From positions 1 through 21,649 of the forward strand of contig JADJJK010000031.1 of NCBI GenBank assembly GCA_016706545.1: a stretch of 21,649 nt of DNA, given 5' to 3'. Source of the stretch: Myxococcales bacterium (GTDB taxonomy: Bacteria; Myxococcota_A; Polyangia; Haliangiales; Haliangiaceae). The position numbers were made by a program, and so were the translations under genes. This document shows, piece by piece, positions 1 to 8,282 of this stretch; position 1 is the stretch's first letter, and each line of letters begins with the position of its first letter. The notes under the pieces are model-generated. The model ran no database searches and was not told where the DNA came from. It saw only the letters and a program-made list of their open reading frames with translations.

Positions 1-425
1 GTCGCCCCGATCTGGCGCGCGCCATGGTCGCCAGCGGCACCGCCAGCTCGTTTCGCGACGCCTTTCGCAGGCACCTGTTCGACAACGGCCCCGTGGACGT
101 GGCGCACCGCGAGTTGCCGCTGCCCGAAGCGCTGGCGCTGGGCCGCGCGTGCGGCGCCGGGATGGCGCTGGCCCATCCGCACTTGTACGGCGATCATGGA
201 GAGCTGCTGCTGCGCCGCCACCGCGATGACGGCTTGACCGCCGTCGAGGCCTTCTACGGCGCGTACGACCATCAGGAGCGCAACCACTGGGTGGAGGTGG
301 CGCGCCACCTGGGCCTGGTGTGCACCGCGGGCTCGGACTACCACAAGCCCGGAGATCCCCTGCCTGGCGTCGAGCTGCCTGCCAAGTACGTGGACCCGCT
401 CCTCGCCTGGCTGAGCGCTGCCTGA
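1..425 (+). CDS. PHP-domain phosphoesterase (TrpH/YciV-like), C-terminal part; 5' end lies outside the window
   Basis: The reading frame is open from the window edge to the TGA at 423-425. It shows the C-terminal PHP signature ...LVCTAGSDYHKPGDP..., similar to the ...GGSDFHG end of TrpH/RNase AM-like proteins. Codon third positions are strongly G/C. Confidence 0.6.
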   Translation, partial: RPDLARAMVASGTASSFRDAFRRHLFDNGPVDVAHRELPLPEALALGRACGAGMALAHPHLYGDHGELLLRRHRDDGLTAVEAFYGAYDHQERNHWVEVARHLGLVCTAGSDYHKPGDPLPGVELPAKYVDPLLAWLSAA

Positions 426-507
426 GCTGCCTGCGCGACCTGAGCTGCCTGAGCTGCCTGAGCGACCTGAGCGCGCGTGGCCTGAGCTGCCTGCGCGCGC
501 GTGGCGC
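421..507. repeat. Imperfect tandem 9-mer array (CCTGAGCTG / CCTGCGCGA / CCTGAGCGC...), about 9 copies
   Basis: Read directly: cctgagctg cctgcgcga cctgagctg cctgagctg cctgagcga cctgagcgc ... cctgagctg cctgcgcgc. It begins at the PHP gene stop codon and lies in the convergent gap before the peptide gene. Confidence 0.8.
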
Positions 508-534
508 CCGTGGCGAGCCGGATCTCGGAGCGCG

Positions 535-762
535 TCACTTCGGAAACGGGAAGGTCGGCAGCGGCAGCGGCTGCTGCGGCGGCAGCTTGACGTCGGGGTT
601 GATCGACGTGGTGCAGCCCGCCTGCGAAGGGGTCGGGGTGGCGTTGGGCCGGCGATCCTCCACGTTGGTGGACTGGCAGTCCGTCGGCGAGTAGCGCATG
701 CCGCCGCTGATGCCGGAGAGGTCGGTGAGGTCGAGGGTCTGGAGCGAGCTGGCGTTGGACAT
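535..762 (-). CDS. Small 75-aa peptide with a double-glycine (GG) leader: MSNASSLQTLDLTDLSGISGG | MRYSPTDCQSTNVEDRRPNATPTPSQAGCTTSINPDVKLPPQQPLPLPTFPFPK
   Basis: The internal ATG at 762 to 760 (minus strand) lies within the longer 535..828 ORF. Almost every codon ends in G or C, so it is strongly coding-like. Its N-terminus matches the class II bacteriocin/PCAT double-glycine leader consensus position by position: L-15, L-12, D-8, L-7, I-4, G-2, G-1. The 54-aa core is polar and Pro-rich with 2 Cys. Confidence 0.5.
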   Translation of the reverse strand: MSNASSLQTLDLTDLSGISGGMRYSPTDCQSTNVEDRRPNATPTPSQAGCTTSINPDVKLPPQQPLPLPTFPFPK

Positions 763-930
763 GCTCGCCTCGTATTGCAACGCGCGTGCCCTGCGCTGTG
801 GTGGCGCAACTGGCCGAGGTCGCGTCATCGGTGCGCGGCGCTGGGGCGGTGACCCGCGAGCGATCCTGGGATTTGCCGACCACGGTCGACAGCTCGCGAC
901 ACAGCCGGCCTGGCCAGCGGTCCGCTCACG

Positions 931-978
931 GCCTGGTCGCCTGGTCGCCTGGTCGCGTGGTCGCCTGGTCGCCTGGGT
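931..978. repeat. Tandem 8-mer array CCTGGTCG x6 (one variant CGTGGTCG)
   Basis: cctggtcg cctggtcg cctggtcg cgtggtcg cctggtcg cctgggtc. It sits between the TPR-like gene stop (991) and the presumed promoter of the peptide gene. Confidence 0.85.
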
Positions 979-990
979 CCGCGGTCCGGT

Positions 991-1632
991 TCAAGGTCCG
1001 CGCGGCGCGGCGGTCTGCAGGAGCTCCTGGTAGTACTCCCCGAGCGCGCGCTCGAACCCATCGAGCGGGTGCCCGGCAGCGCCGGGGTGGCCCGTCGCTC
1101 GCTCCGCCAGGTCCAGCACGCAGCCGAGCATGGTGGCGAGCGCGGCAGCCGCGTGCCCCGCAGAGTGCAAGGCCAGCGACAGGAACGCGGTGTACGCCGC
1201 GTACCCCGGATCTCGCGCCAGCTCCTCGGTGAGCAAGACCACCGCCTCGTCGGCGCGGCCCACGTTGCGCAAGGTCGAGCCGTAGCCGACGACGAAGCGG
1301 CGACGCAGCGGCTCGGGCACGCCGAGCTGCCAGGCCGCGTCGTAGTGGCGCACGGCGGCGGCCTCGTCGCCGGCGCGGTCGAGCCCGAACGCCGCCTCGA
1401 TGCGCGCCTCCACGTCCGAGGGCGCGCGCGCCGCCAGCGCCAGCGCGGCCGGCAGGTGGTCCTGATGGTCGCCACGTTGACGGAGCGCGCGCAGGCGCGA
1501 AGCCTCCGCGCGGAGCTTCGCGCTGTCCGCGTCATCCGCGCTGTCCGCGCCGTCCGCGTCATCCGCGCCGTCCGCGCCCGCGCTGTCCGCGCCATCCGCG
1601 GCGCCCAGCGGAGGTGCGCGCCGCTGCGTCAT
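991..1632 (-). CDS. Hypothetical protein with an Asp/Ala low-complexity N-terminus (DGADSAGADGADDADGADSADDADSA) and a C-terminal TPR-like helical domain (TPR_5-like)
   Basis: 213-aa ORF with coding-like G/C third-position bias. Its ATG at 1632 to 1630 overlaps the TGA of the upstream EVE gene (ATGA overlap), which implies an operon. The C-terminal half has TPR-like helices (RHYDAAWQLG...VVGYGSTLRNVGRADEAVVLL...). Confidence 0.6.
   Translation of the reverse strand: MTQRRAPPLGAADGADSAGADGADDADGADSADDADSAKLRAEASRLRALRQRGDHQDHLPAALALAARAPSDVEARIEAAFGLDRAGDEAAAVRHYDAAWQLGVPEPLRRRFVVGYGSTLRNVGRADEAVVLLTEELARDPGYAAYTAFLSLALHSAGHAAAALATMLGCVLDLAERATGHPGAAGHPLDGFERALGEYYQELLQTAAPRGP
1530..1610. repeat. 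In-frame tandem 9-nt coding repeat (RTCCGCGYC) encoding the (D-G/S-A)n N-terminal tail of the 991..1632 protein
   Basis: gtccgcgtc atccgcgct gtccgcgcc gtccgcgtc atccgcgcc ...; it encodes ADGADSAGADGADDADGADSADDADSA on the minus strand. Confidence 0.8.
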
Positions 1633-2264
1633 CGCGTGGTCCCCCGCGCGGGCTTGGCAGGCTTGGCCTTGGCCTTGGCGACAGGCTTGGCCTTGGCGGC
1701 AGGCTTGGCCTTGGCGACAGGCTTGGCCTTGGCGGCAGGCTTGGCCTTGGCGGCAGGCTTGGCCTTGGCGGCAGGCTTGGCGCCAGCGCCGCTCCCCGCA
1801 GCGCTTCGGCTGAGCTCCTGGATCACGGCCACGTGCGCTGCGCTCGCCGGCTGCACCGAGAGCCTCATGCCACGGCGCAGCACCAGCATGTCCGCCAGCC
1901 GCGGCTCGGCGTGCAGCTCCTCCAGGCTCACCAGGCGCGGCAACGTCGCCACGTACGAGACGTCCACGCAGATCCAGGTGGGCGCGTCGCGCCGCGCTTT
2001 GGGATCGTAGTAGGGGCTCTCGGGATCGAACTGCGTTTCATCGACCACGTTGGTCCGATGCACCCGGGCCATCCCGGCGACTCCAGAGGGGTGCGCGTTG
2101 GAGTGGTAGAACAGGACCTCGTCACCCACCTGCATCTCGTCGCGCATGAGGTTGCGGGCCTGGAAGTTGCGGACCCCGGTCCACGGTTCGATCTTGACGC
2201 GGGCGAGATCATCGATCCCGAAGGACTCAGGCTCGGTCTTCATGAGCCAAACGCGCGGTGCCAT
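1629..2264 (-). CDS. EVE (PUA-like) domain protein fused to a histone H1-like Lys/Ala/Pro repeat tail (AKPAAK x about 7)
   Basis: N-terminus MAPRVWLMKTEPESFGIDDL...VGDEVLFYHSNAHPSGVAGMARV is a typical EVE-domain start and core. The C-terminus is encoded by a tandem 18-nt DNA repeat at about 1651-1790 and is extremely basic (AKPAAKAKPVAK...). Confidence 0.8.
   Translation of the reverse strand: MAPRVWLMKTEPESFGIDDLARVKIEPWTGVRNFQARNLMRDEMQVGDEVLFYHSNAHPSGVAGMARVHRTNVVDETQFDPESPYYDPKARRDAPTWICVDVSYVATLPRLVSLEELHAEPRLADMLVLRRGMRLSVQPASAAHVAVIQELSRSAAGSGAGAKPAAKAKPAAKAKPAAKAKPVAKAKPAAKAKPVAKAKAKPAKPARGTTR
1651..1790. repeat. In-frame tandem 18-nt coding repeat (GCAGGCTTGGCCTTGGCG) encoding the AKPAAK histone H1-like tail of the EVE protein
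   Basis: About 7 near-identical 18-mers alternating GCGACAG and GCGGCAG variants. Confidence 0.85.
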
Positions 2265-2390
2265 GGCGGGAATCTACTCGATCATCGGCCGATCTCGATC
2301 CACCGCAGGCCGCGGCGCGCACCGGACGCACTTTGCTGGTCCCGTCACCTGCTGGACGAGGACTCTCGCGCTACAACACCTGCACCGAAC

Positions 2391-2406
2391 TGGCCCACGT
2401 GGGCCA
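2391..2406. promoter_or_regulatory. Perfect 16-bp palindrome TGGCCCACGTGGGCCA (CACGTG core) 21 nt upstream of the sodB ATG; candidate operator
   Basis: The sequence is self-complementary over all 16 positions. It sits immediately 5' of the GGAG ribosome-binding site (about 2414-2417), in the expected -10/+1/5'UTR zone of sodB and inside the sodB/EVE divergent region. Confidence 0.45.
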
Positions 2407-2426
2407 CCACCTTGGAGCAAGCAATC

Positions 2427-3020
<594 letters not shown>

Positions 3021-3040
3021 TCGGGGCTCCGCGCGGCCCG

Positions 3041-4030
3041 CTACAGGGCCTGCGCCTCGTGCAGCACCACCAGCTCCCAGCCGCGCGCGGTGCGGCGGAA
3101 CACGGCGCCCACGAGCACCGGCGCCGGCTCGCCTTTGGGGGTCATCCGGTTCGCCGTACACGCGACGAACGCCAGCGCGTCGTCGGCGGTGACCACGCTC
3201 ATCGGATCCGAGGTCAGCTCGTAGCGGCGCTCCGCGAGCTGCTTGCCAAGCGCGGCGAGCTTGCGCTTGCCGGACGTGAGCGCGCCGTCGGTGCCGATCG
3301 CCAGGCCGTCCGCTTGCTCGAGCGCGGCGGCGAGCTGCGCGGGAGCGGCCAGCGCGCGCCGGAGCGCGTCCTCTGCCTCGGCTGCGTTCTTGACGCCGCC
3401 GGCGGCCTTGTCGAGCGCCGGCGTCGCGAGCCCGGGGGCGCGGAGCTTCTTCCCTGCCTTCTTGGCCGCGCCAGCGGACACCGGGAACGAGAGCTGCAAC
3501 ACCCCGATGCGCCAGATGCCGTCGTGTCCGTCGAGCAGGGCGGTCGCCCACAGCGGGCGTCGGCTGAGCTGCAGGCGCTCCACGGCGTAGGCAGAGCGTC
3601 CCCCGGGCGCCGCCAGGACCGTGGCTCCGGGACCCGACAGCCGCGGCTTTCTCCTCGCGTCGATGAGCTCGCGCAGCGCCAGCACCGCGTCGGTGCGCGA
3701 GCCATAGGCGTCCGCGGGGCGCGGGCCCAGCACCAGCAAGGACTCGGTCGCCAGGGACAGCACGTCGTCTGAATCGCCGCTTCGCACCGAGCGCAGCGCC
3801 TCCACGAGCACCAGCTTGGTCTCGCGCTCTGCCTGGCCCTGGGGCGCCTTGGCGGTCGCGGCCGGGCCGGCCTTCGCGCCGCAGCCGGCCAGCGGGAGCA
3901 GCGCCAGCGAGATCAGCGCCAGCAGCGCCAGCAGCTCGGCGGTGACGGCTTGTCGACCGCGCGTGGACCGCCGCCGCGCGAGATCCGGCGGCGGCACGAG
4001 GAGCGTGAGGGTGCGGTGCATCGCGCCCAT
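3041..4030 (-). CDS. Predicted lipoprotein with an Ala-rich linker and a C-terminal NTF2/SnoaL-like (DUF4440-type) domain
   Basis: The N-terminus has a hydrophobic signal sequence ending in the lipobox LLPLAGCG. The C-terminal roughly 120 aa (...DALAFVACTANRMTPKGEPAPVLVGAVFRRTARGWELVVLHEAQAL) looks NTF2-like. The exact start is uncertain (ATG at 4030 or 4021). Confidence 0.55.
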   Translation of the reverse strand: MGAMHRTLTLLVPPPDLARRRSTRGRQAVTAELLALLALISLALLPLAGCGAKAGPAATAKAPQGQAERETKLVLVEALRSVRSGDSDDVLSLATESLLVLGPRPADAYGSRTDAVLALRELIDARRKPRLSGPGATVLAAPGGRSAYAVERLQLSRRPLWATALLDGHDGIWRIGVLQLSFPVSAGAAKKAGKKLRAPGLATPALDKAAGGVKNAAEAEDALRRALAAPAQLAAALEQADGLAIGTDGALTSGKRKLAALGKQLAERRYELTSDPMSVVTADDALAFVACTANRMTPKGEPAPVLVGAVFRRTARGWELVVLHEAQAL

Positions 4031-4170
4031 CCTACATGGAAGTGTCCGCCAAGCGACGTGCTACCGCGTGGGCCAAGCGGCACCAGGCGCCGTGCGAGCG
4101 CCGAAGTCCTCCCCGGAGCCCGCGCCGATGCCCGCGTCGGAGCCCGCGTCGATGTCCGCGCCCGCGCCGC

Positions 4171-4190
4171 GTCGCTGGTGCACCAGCGAC
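4171..4190 (-). terminator. 20-bp perfect palindrome GTCGCTGGTGCACCAGCGAC 4 nt downstream of the AAA-HEAT gene stop codon; candidate intrinsic terminator hairpin (8-bp stem, TGCA loop)
   Basis: Read directly. There is no U-tract, which is common in high-GC genomes. It lies between two same-strand genes (the AAA-HEAT stop at 4194 and the lipoprotein start at 4030). Confidence 0.4.
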
Positions 4191-4193
4191 GCC

Positions 4194-7100
4194 TCAGGGC
4201 ACGAGCTTCTGCAGAAACGCCAGGCCATCGGCGTTGCTGTCGAGCAACCCGATCACCAGCTTGGCGGTGGCGCGCGCCATCGGTCCGCCGCCGTCGGCTT
4301 CCTTCTTGAGCGCCTCGACGGCCGCCTTGGCTCCGGGCGGCGTGCGCGCGAGCACGATGAACGCCGCCGCCACCACCAGCCGGCGCATGGCGTTCTGCTC
4401 GGCGCCACCGAGCAAGGCGCGCAGGCGGTCGGGGGCCTGGGTCTTGGCGTAGGCGGCGGCCAGCGACGGCAACATGGCTACCCGCACGTCGTGCGAGGGG
4501 TCAAGGAGCAGCGGCTCGAGGAGCTGCTCGGTCAGCGCGGCGTCGCGATCGACGAGGCCGATGGCCGCCGCCGCCGCTTGCGCGCGCTCGCGCTCGGTGC
4601 GGGACGCCAGCGCTCGTCCAAGCCGGGTCGCCACCGCCTCCTTCGCGGCCAGCCTGGCCACCGTGGTCAGCGCGAGCTGGCTGATGTCAGGATCGGTGTC
4701 CCGCACCGTGACCGCGAGCGCCTTCTCGATGCTCTGGACCGGGAGCTTGTCGCGGTGGAGCGTGAGCTGCTCGAGCGCCGCGCGGCGGACCTCGGCTTCT
4801 GGATCGGCCAGCGCGGTCGCGAGCGTGGCCTCGGCGGCGATGCCCGCGCTCAGCGAGGCCTCGACCGTGGCCACGCGCACCTCGGCGACCTTGTCGGCCA
4901 TGCCGCGCGTCATCAGCTCCACCACCCCGAGCTGCTTGGCCGCGCGCAAGAGCGCGAGCTTCTCGCCCTCGTCGCCGCGACCGAAGCCGCGCAGCAGCGC
5001 CGGCGCCGCCGCCTCGCTGGCCGCGTTGCCGAACGAGCCGAGGCCGCGGATCGCGACCATGCGGACCTCTCGGACCGCGTCGTCGGCCAGCGCCACCAGC
5101 GCGTCTGCGGCGGACTTGTTGCCGTTCTTGGCGGCGTCGGAGAGGATGCGCGCGGCCGTGGTGCGGATGCCTGCGTCTGGATCTCGCACCAGGCGCAGCG
5201 CGATGGCCGATCCGTTCTTGCCGGGCTCGGGGCCCTCCGCCACGCACTCGATGGCGATGCGACGCACCTCCACGGACGGGTCGTCAGTGGCCCGCACCAG
5301 CGAGCGCCGCGCGTCCTGCGAGCCGCCGCCGATGGCGTTGCACAGGCCCTGGACGCCGAGCGGGTGCAGGGCCGGATCATCGGTCGCGCGCGCGGCGGCC
5401 TCGAGGAAGTTGAGCACGTTGGCCGGACGCTTGCGCGCCAGCTTGGCGTAGATGCGGACGGCCTCTCTCCGCGGGCGTCCCTTCTGCTTCCAGAGCTGCG
5501 CGATGCCGTCCACCGCGACCGCGGTGGACGCGCCCTCTTCGGCGCCGGCGGCGAGCCCAAAGCCCGCGCCCACCGCGACGTCGAAGCGCTCGTTCTTGAC
5601 CATCTTGATGAGCTGCTCTTGCGCCGGTCGTCCGATGCGACCGTAGGCGGTCGCCGCGGCGGCGCGGACGTCCGGAGCGTCGTCACGCAGCAAGGTCTCG
5701 AGCGCGGGCCGCGCGACGTCCGCCTTGATCAGCACCAGGAGCCCCCAGGCCTTGGCGGCGGCGACCTTGAGCGGGCGGCTCGTCTTCTTGTCGCTGGTCA
5801 GCGCGCCAAGCGCGGGCACCGCGCGGTCCACCGCCACCCTGGCGTAGAGGGGCAGGGCGGCGGCGCGGAGGGCCTCCGACTTGTTGTCGAAGGCATCCTG
5901 GGCGATCGTCACCAGGTCGATGGCGGGCGGCAGCGGATCTAGCTCGGTGAGCATCTCCAGCGCGAAGATCCGCGACTCGTTGGGGGCGTCCTTGGCCAGC
6001 ACCGCGAGCGCCTCCACGGTGGCCGCGCGCGCGGCCGCCAGCGAGGAGCGGAGCATGGCGCGGGCCGCGTCTCGTTGCCCAGCCGAGGTGTTGGGCTCGG
6101 TCAGGATCGCGACCGCGGCCGACGGCGGCGGCCGATCTTCTGTGCCGGTGTCCACGATGGCCAGCGCCTGGAGCTCGCTGCGCGCCTTGGCGTCGATGTC
6201 GCCGGCGAGCGCGCCAGCGATGAGGCGGTTGGCTCGCTCCTCCGGCATGGTGCGCAGCTCGGTGAGCGCGCTCTTGCGCAGCTCGGGGTTGCCCGAGGCC
6301 AGCGCCTTGGTGAGCGCCTCGGTGTAGGGCTCCGGGCGGCGCCGCGCCGCCGCCGAGGCCACCGCCACCGCGGCGCGCTGCACCGCGGGGGAGGGCGAGG
6401 CGATGGCCCCTTCGATGAGCGCGGTCTCCGCGCGCCCGCCGCGGGCGATGGGGCGCAGGAGGTCCAGCATCTCGACGACCTCTTCAGGCTCCTTGGCCAG
6501 CTTCTTGAGCTTGTCGAGGGCTTCCTCGGAGCCGGTCGCGCCATAGGCGACCGCGGCGGCGAGGCTCGGCGCCATGACGGAGGCGACCCGGGGCTCCATG
6601 CGTCCGGCGTCGTCGCCGAGATCGTGGTTCTCGATGCGCTTCCACGCCTCGGGGGCGACCATGCTGCGGGTCAACCCGGTCTCGGCGACGATGTCGCCGA
6701 AGCCGAGCCAGTGGAACATGGACAGGCCGGCGCGGCCGTCGCGCAGCACCACCTGATCGCCGCCGGCGCGCGTCTGGACGTCGAAGTACACACGGCCGCT
6801 CATCGCGATGTACGCGATGAGCAGCAGCACCAGCGGGAGCGCGGCGATGGCGATGGCGATGGCGCCGTAGTAGCGCCGCGAGCGCGCGACCAGCGCCTTC
6901 TCCTGCGGGGTGACCGGCGCGATGCCCTCGCGCACGAGCGTGTAGAGCTCGACGAGCCGCAGCCGCGAGGCGGTGTCGGCCTTGGAGCCGAGCAGCTCGT
7001 GGGCGCGCCTGGCCGCGGCGCGGGTGGGCGCGGTCAGCTCGCGCAGCCTGGACACCAGGATCTCATGGCGCAGGCTCCACATGGTGCCGGCGATGTCCCA

Positions 7101-8186
7101 GCGCATGACGATGCCGCGCGCCTCGAGCGTGTCGAGGATGTGGCGGCCGCTCTCGGGCTCCAGGGTGATGCGGCGGGCCAGGGCCAGGCCGTCGTACGGA
7201 CCAAAGGGGCCGTCCGCCAGCTCGGCGAGGAGCCGCAGGCCGTTGCGCTGGCTCCCTGCGGCCACGCAGGCGTCGGTGATCCACGAGGCCGCCAGCTCGC
7301 GCGCGCCGCCGCCGCGGGTCAGCGCCTCGAGCGTGGTCACGTTGCGCAGGCCCAGCGCCAGCGCGCTGATCTGGAGGTCGGCGGGCAAGACGCCGTCTCC
7401 GTCCTTGCCGAGATAGGCGATCACCTCATCGACCACCGGCCGCATCGCGCCGGGCGGCGCGCCGGAGGCGATCATCGCCTCGAGCACCGCGCTGGCCTCG
7501 GCGGGCGCAAAGCGGCGGAGCTCGTAGCGGTTGGACGGCGGAAACAACGAGCCGGTGCGCCGCTCGAGCTGCGCCAGCGTGTGCATGCGCTCCGAGGCAC
7601 AGGCAAAGAGGAACCGCGCCCTGCCGCCGGCGCGCCCGGCGACCTTGGCGAACAGATCCGCGAGATCTGCGGTGCCGCGCTCGGTGCGACAGGTTCGATC
7701 GACGTCGTCGATGACGAACACGAACTGCTGGCCGGGGATCGCGTTGGCGACCGCCCGCGCCAGGAACACGGGCGGAGACTCCCCTGGTTGCTGCTGCAGC
7801 CCAAAGGCGCTCATCCCCGCCGCCAGCGAGGCGGAGGGCTCGTCTGGATCGTCGCTGATGAGCGCGACGATGCCTTGATCTCGGAGCTGCGGGATGAGTG
7901 CCGCGCGCAGGAGCGAGGTCTTGCCGACGCCTGGCTCGCCATAGAGCAGGCCAGCGCGAAACACGTCGGTGGTGACGAGCTGGACCAGCTCGTCGCGTTG
8001 TCGCTCTCGGCCCAGCAGCGCCTCACGTTCGGCTTCACCGAAGGCGTCGAGGCCACGCAAGGGCGATACCGTACCTGGATGCGTCGCGATCGCCACGGCG
8101 AGACTATACAGATCCGGCGCCTGAAATGTCGTTGTCGGGGCGGGCGTTTTGCCTGCGGCGGACGCGCGGACAAGGCGCGGGCGCAT
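4194..8186 (-). CDS. Large (1330-aa) multidomain protein: N-terminal AAA+ (AAA_16/STAND-like) P-loop ATPase, one central transmembrane helix, and a C-terminal array of about 850 aa of HEAT (PBS-lyase type) repeats
   Basis: Walker [14 protein letters not shown] and Walker [11 protein letters not shown] predicted TM segment [26 protein letters not shown] lies at about aa 455-480. After it come many approximately 31-aa HEAT_2/PBS-lyase-like repeats (e.g. [69 protein letters not shown]). The frame is long and clean with coding G/C third-position bias. The start codon is embedded in a 13-bp x3 direct repeat. Confidence 0.8.
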   Translation of the reverse strand: MRPRLVRASAAGKTPAPTTTFQAPDLYSLAVAIATHPGTVSPLRGLDAFGEAEREALLGRERQRDELVQLVTTDVFRAGLLYGEPGVGKTSLLRAALIPQLRDQGIVALISDDPDEPSASLAAGMSAFGLQQQPGESPPVFLARAVANAIPGQQFVFVIDDVDRTCRTERGTADLADLFAKVAGRAGGRARFLFACASERMHTLAQLERRTGSLFPPSNRYELRRFAPAEASAVLEAMIASGAPPGAMRPVVDEVIAYLGKDGDGVLPADLQISALALGLRNVTTLEALTRGGGARELAASWITDACVAAGSQRNGLRLLAELADGPFGPYDGLALARRITLEPESGRHILDTLEARGIVMRWDIAGTMWSLRHEILVSRLRELTAPTRAAARRAHELLGSKADTASRLRLVELYTLVREGIAPVTPQEKALVARSRRYYGAIAIAIAALPLVLLLIAYIAMSGRVYFDVQTRAGGDQVVLRDGRAGLSMFHWLGFGDIVAETGLTRSMVAPEAWKRIENHDLGDDAGRMEPRVASVMAPSLAAAVAYGATGSEEALDKLKKLAKEPEEVVEMLDLLRPIARGGRAETALIEGAIASPSPAVQRAAVAVASAAARRRPEPYTEALTKALASGNPELRKSALTELRTMPEERANRLIAGALAGDIDAKARSELQALAIVDTGTEDRPPPSAAVAILTEPNTSAGQRDAARAMLRSSLAAARAATVEALAVLAKDAPNESRIFALEMLTELDPLPPAIDLVTIAQDAFDNKSEALRAAALPLYARVAVDRAVPALGALTSDKKTSRPLKVAAAKAWGLLVLIKADVARPALETLLRDDAPDVRAAAATAYGRIGRPAQEQLIKMVKNERFDVAVGAGFGLAAGAEEGASTAVAVDGIAQLWKQKGRPRREAVRIYAKLARKRPANVLNFLEAAARATDDPALHPLGVQGLCNAIGGGSQDARRSLVRATDDPSVEVRRIAIECVAEGPEPGKNGSAIALRLVRDPDAGIRTTAARILSDAAKNGNKSAADALVALADDAVREVRMVAIRGLGSFGNAASEAAAPALLRGFGRGDEGEKLALLRAAKQLGVVELMTRGMADKVAEVRVATVEASLSAGIAAEATLATALADPEAEVRRAALEQLTLHRDKLPVQSIEKALAVTVRDTDPDISQLALTTVARLAAKEAVATRLGRALASRTERERAQAAAAAIGLVDRDAALTEQLLEPLLLDPSHDVRVAMLPSLAAAYAKTQAPDRLRALLGGAEQNAMRRLVVAAAFIVLARTPPGAKAAVEALKKEADGGGPMARATAKLVIGLLDSNADGLAFLQKLVP

Positions 8187-8219
8187 CGGTCAGGCGCATC
8201 GGTCGGGCGCATCGGTCTG
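8181..8219. repeat. Three tandem 13-bp direct repeats GCGCATCGGTCNG overlapping the AAA-HEAT start codon, inside the 96-bp divergent promoter region
   Basis: gcgcatcggtcag gcgcatcggtcgg gcgcatcggtctg. The CAT of the first copy is the reverse-complement ATG start of the 4194..8186 gene. Confidence 0.8.
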
Positions 8220-8282
8220 GCCAAGCGGGCTCGACAGCTCGCGGGGCCTGCGATAGACCAAGGAACAACTCGGGGGGCAATC

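Noticed and set aside
3021-3040. Bidirectional terminator between sodB and the convergent lipoprotein gene
   Set aside because: Only a weak 4-bp GGGC/GCCC stem is visible in the 20-nt gap. That is too short to call.
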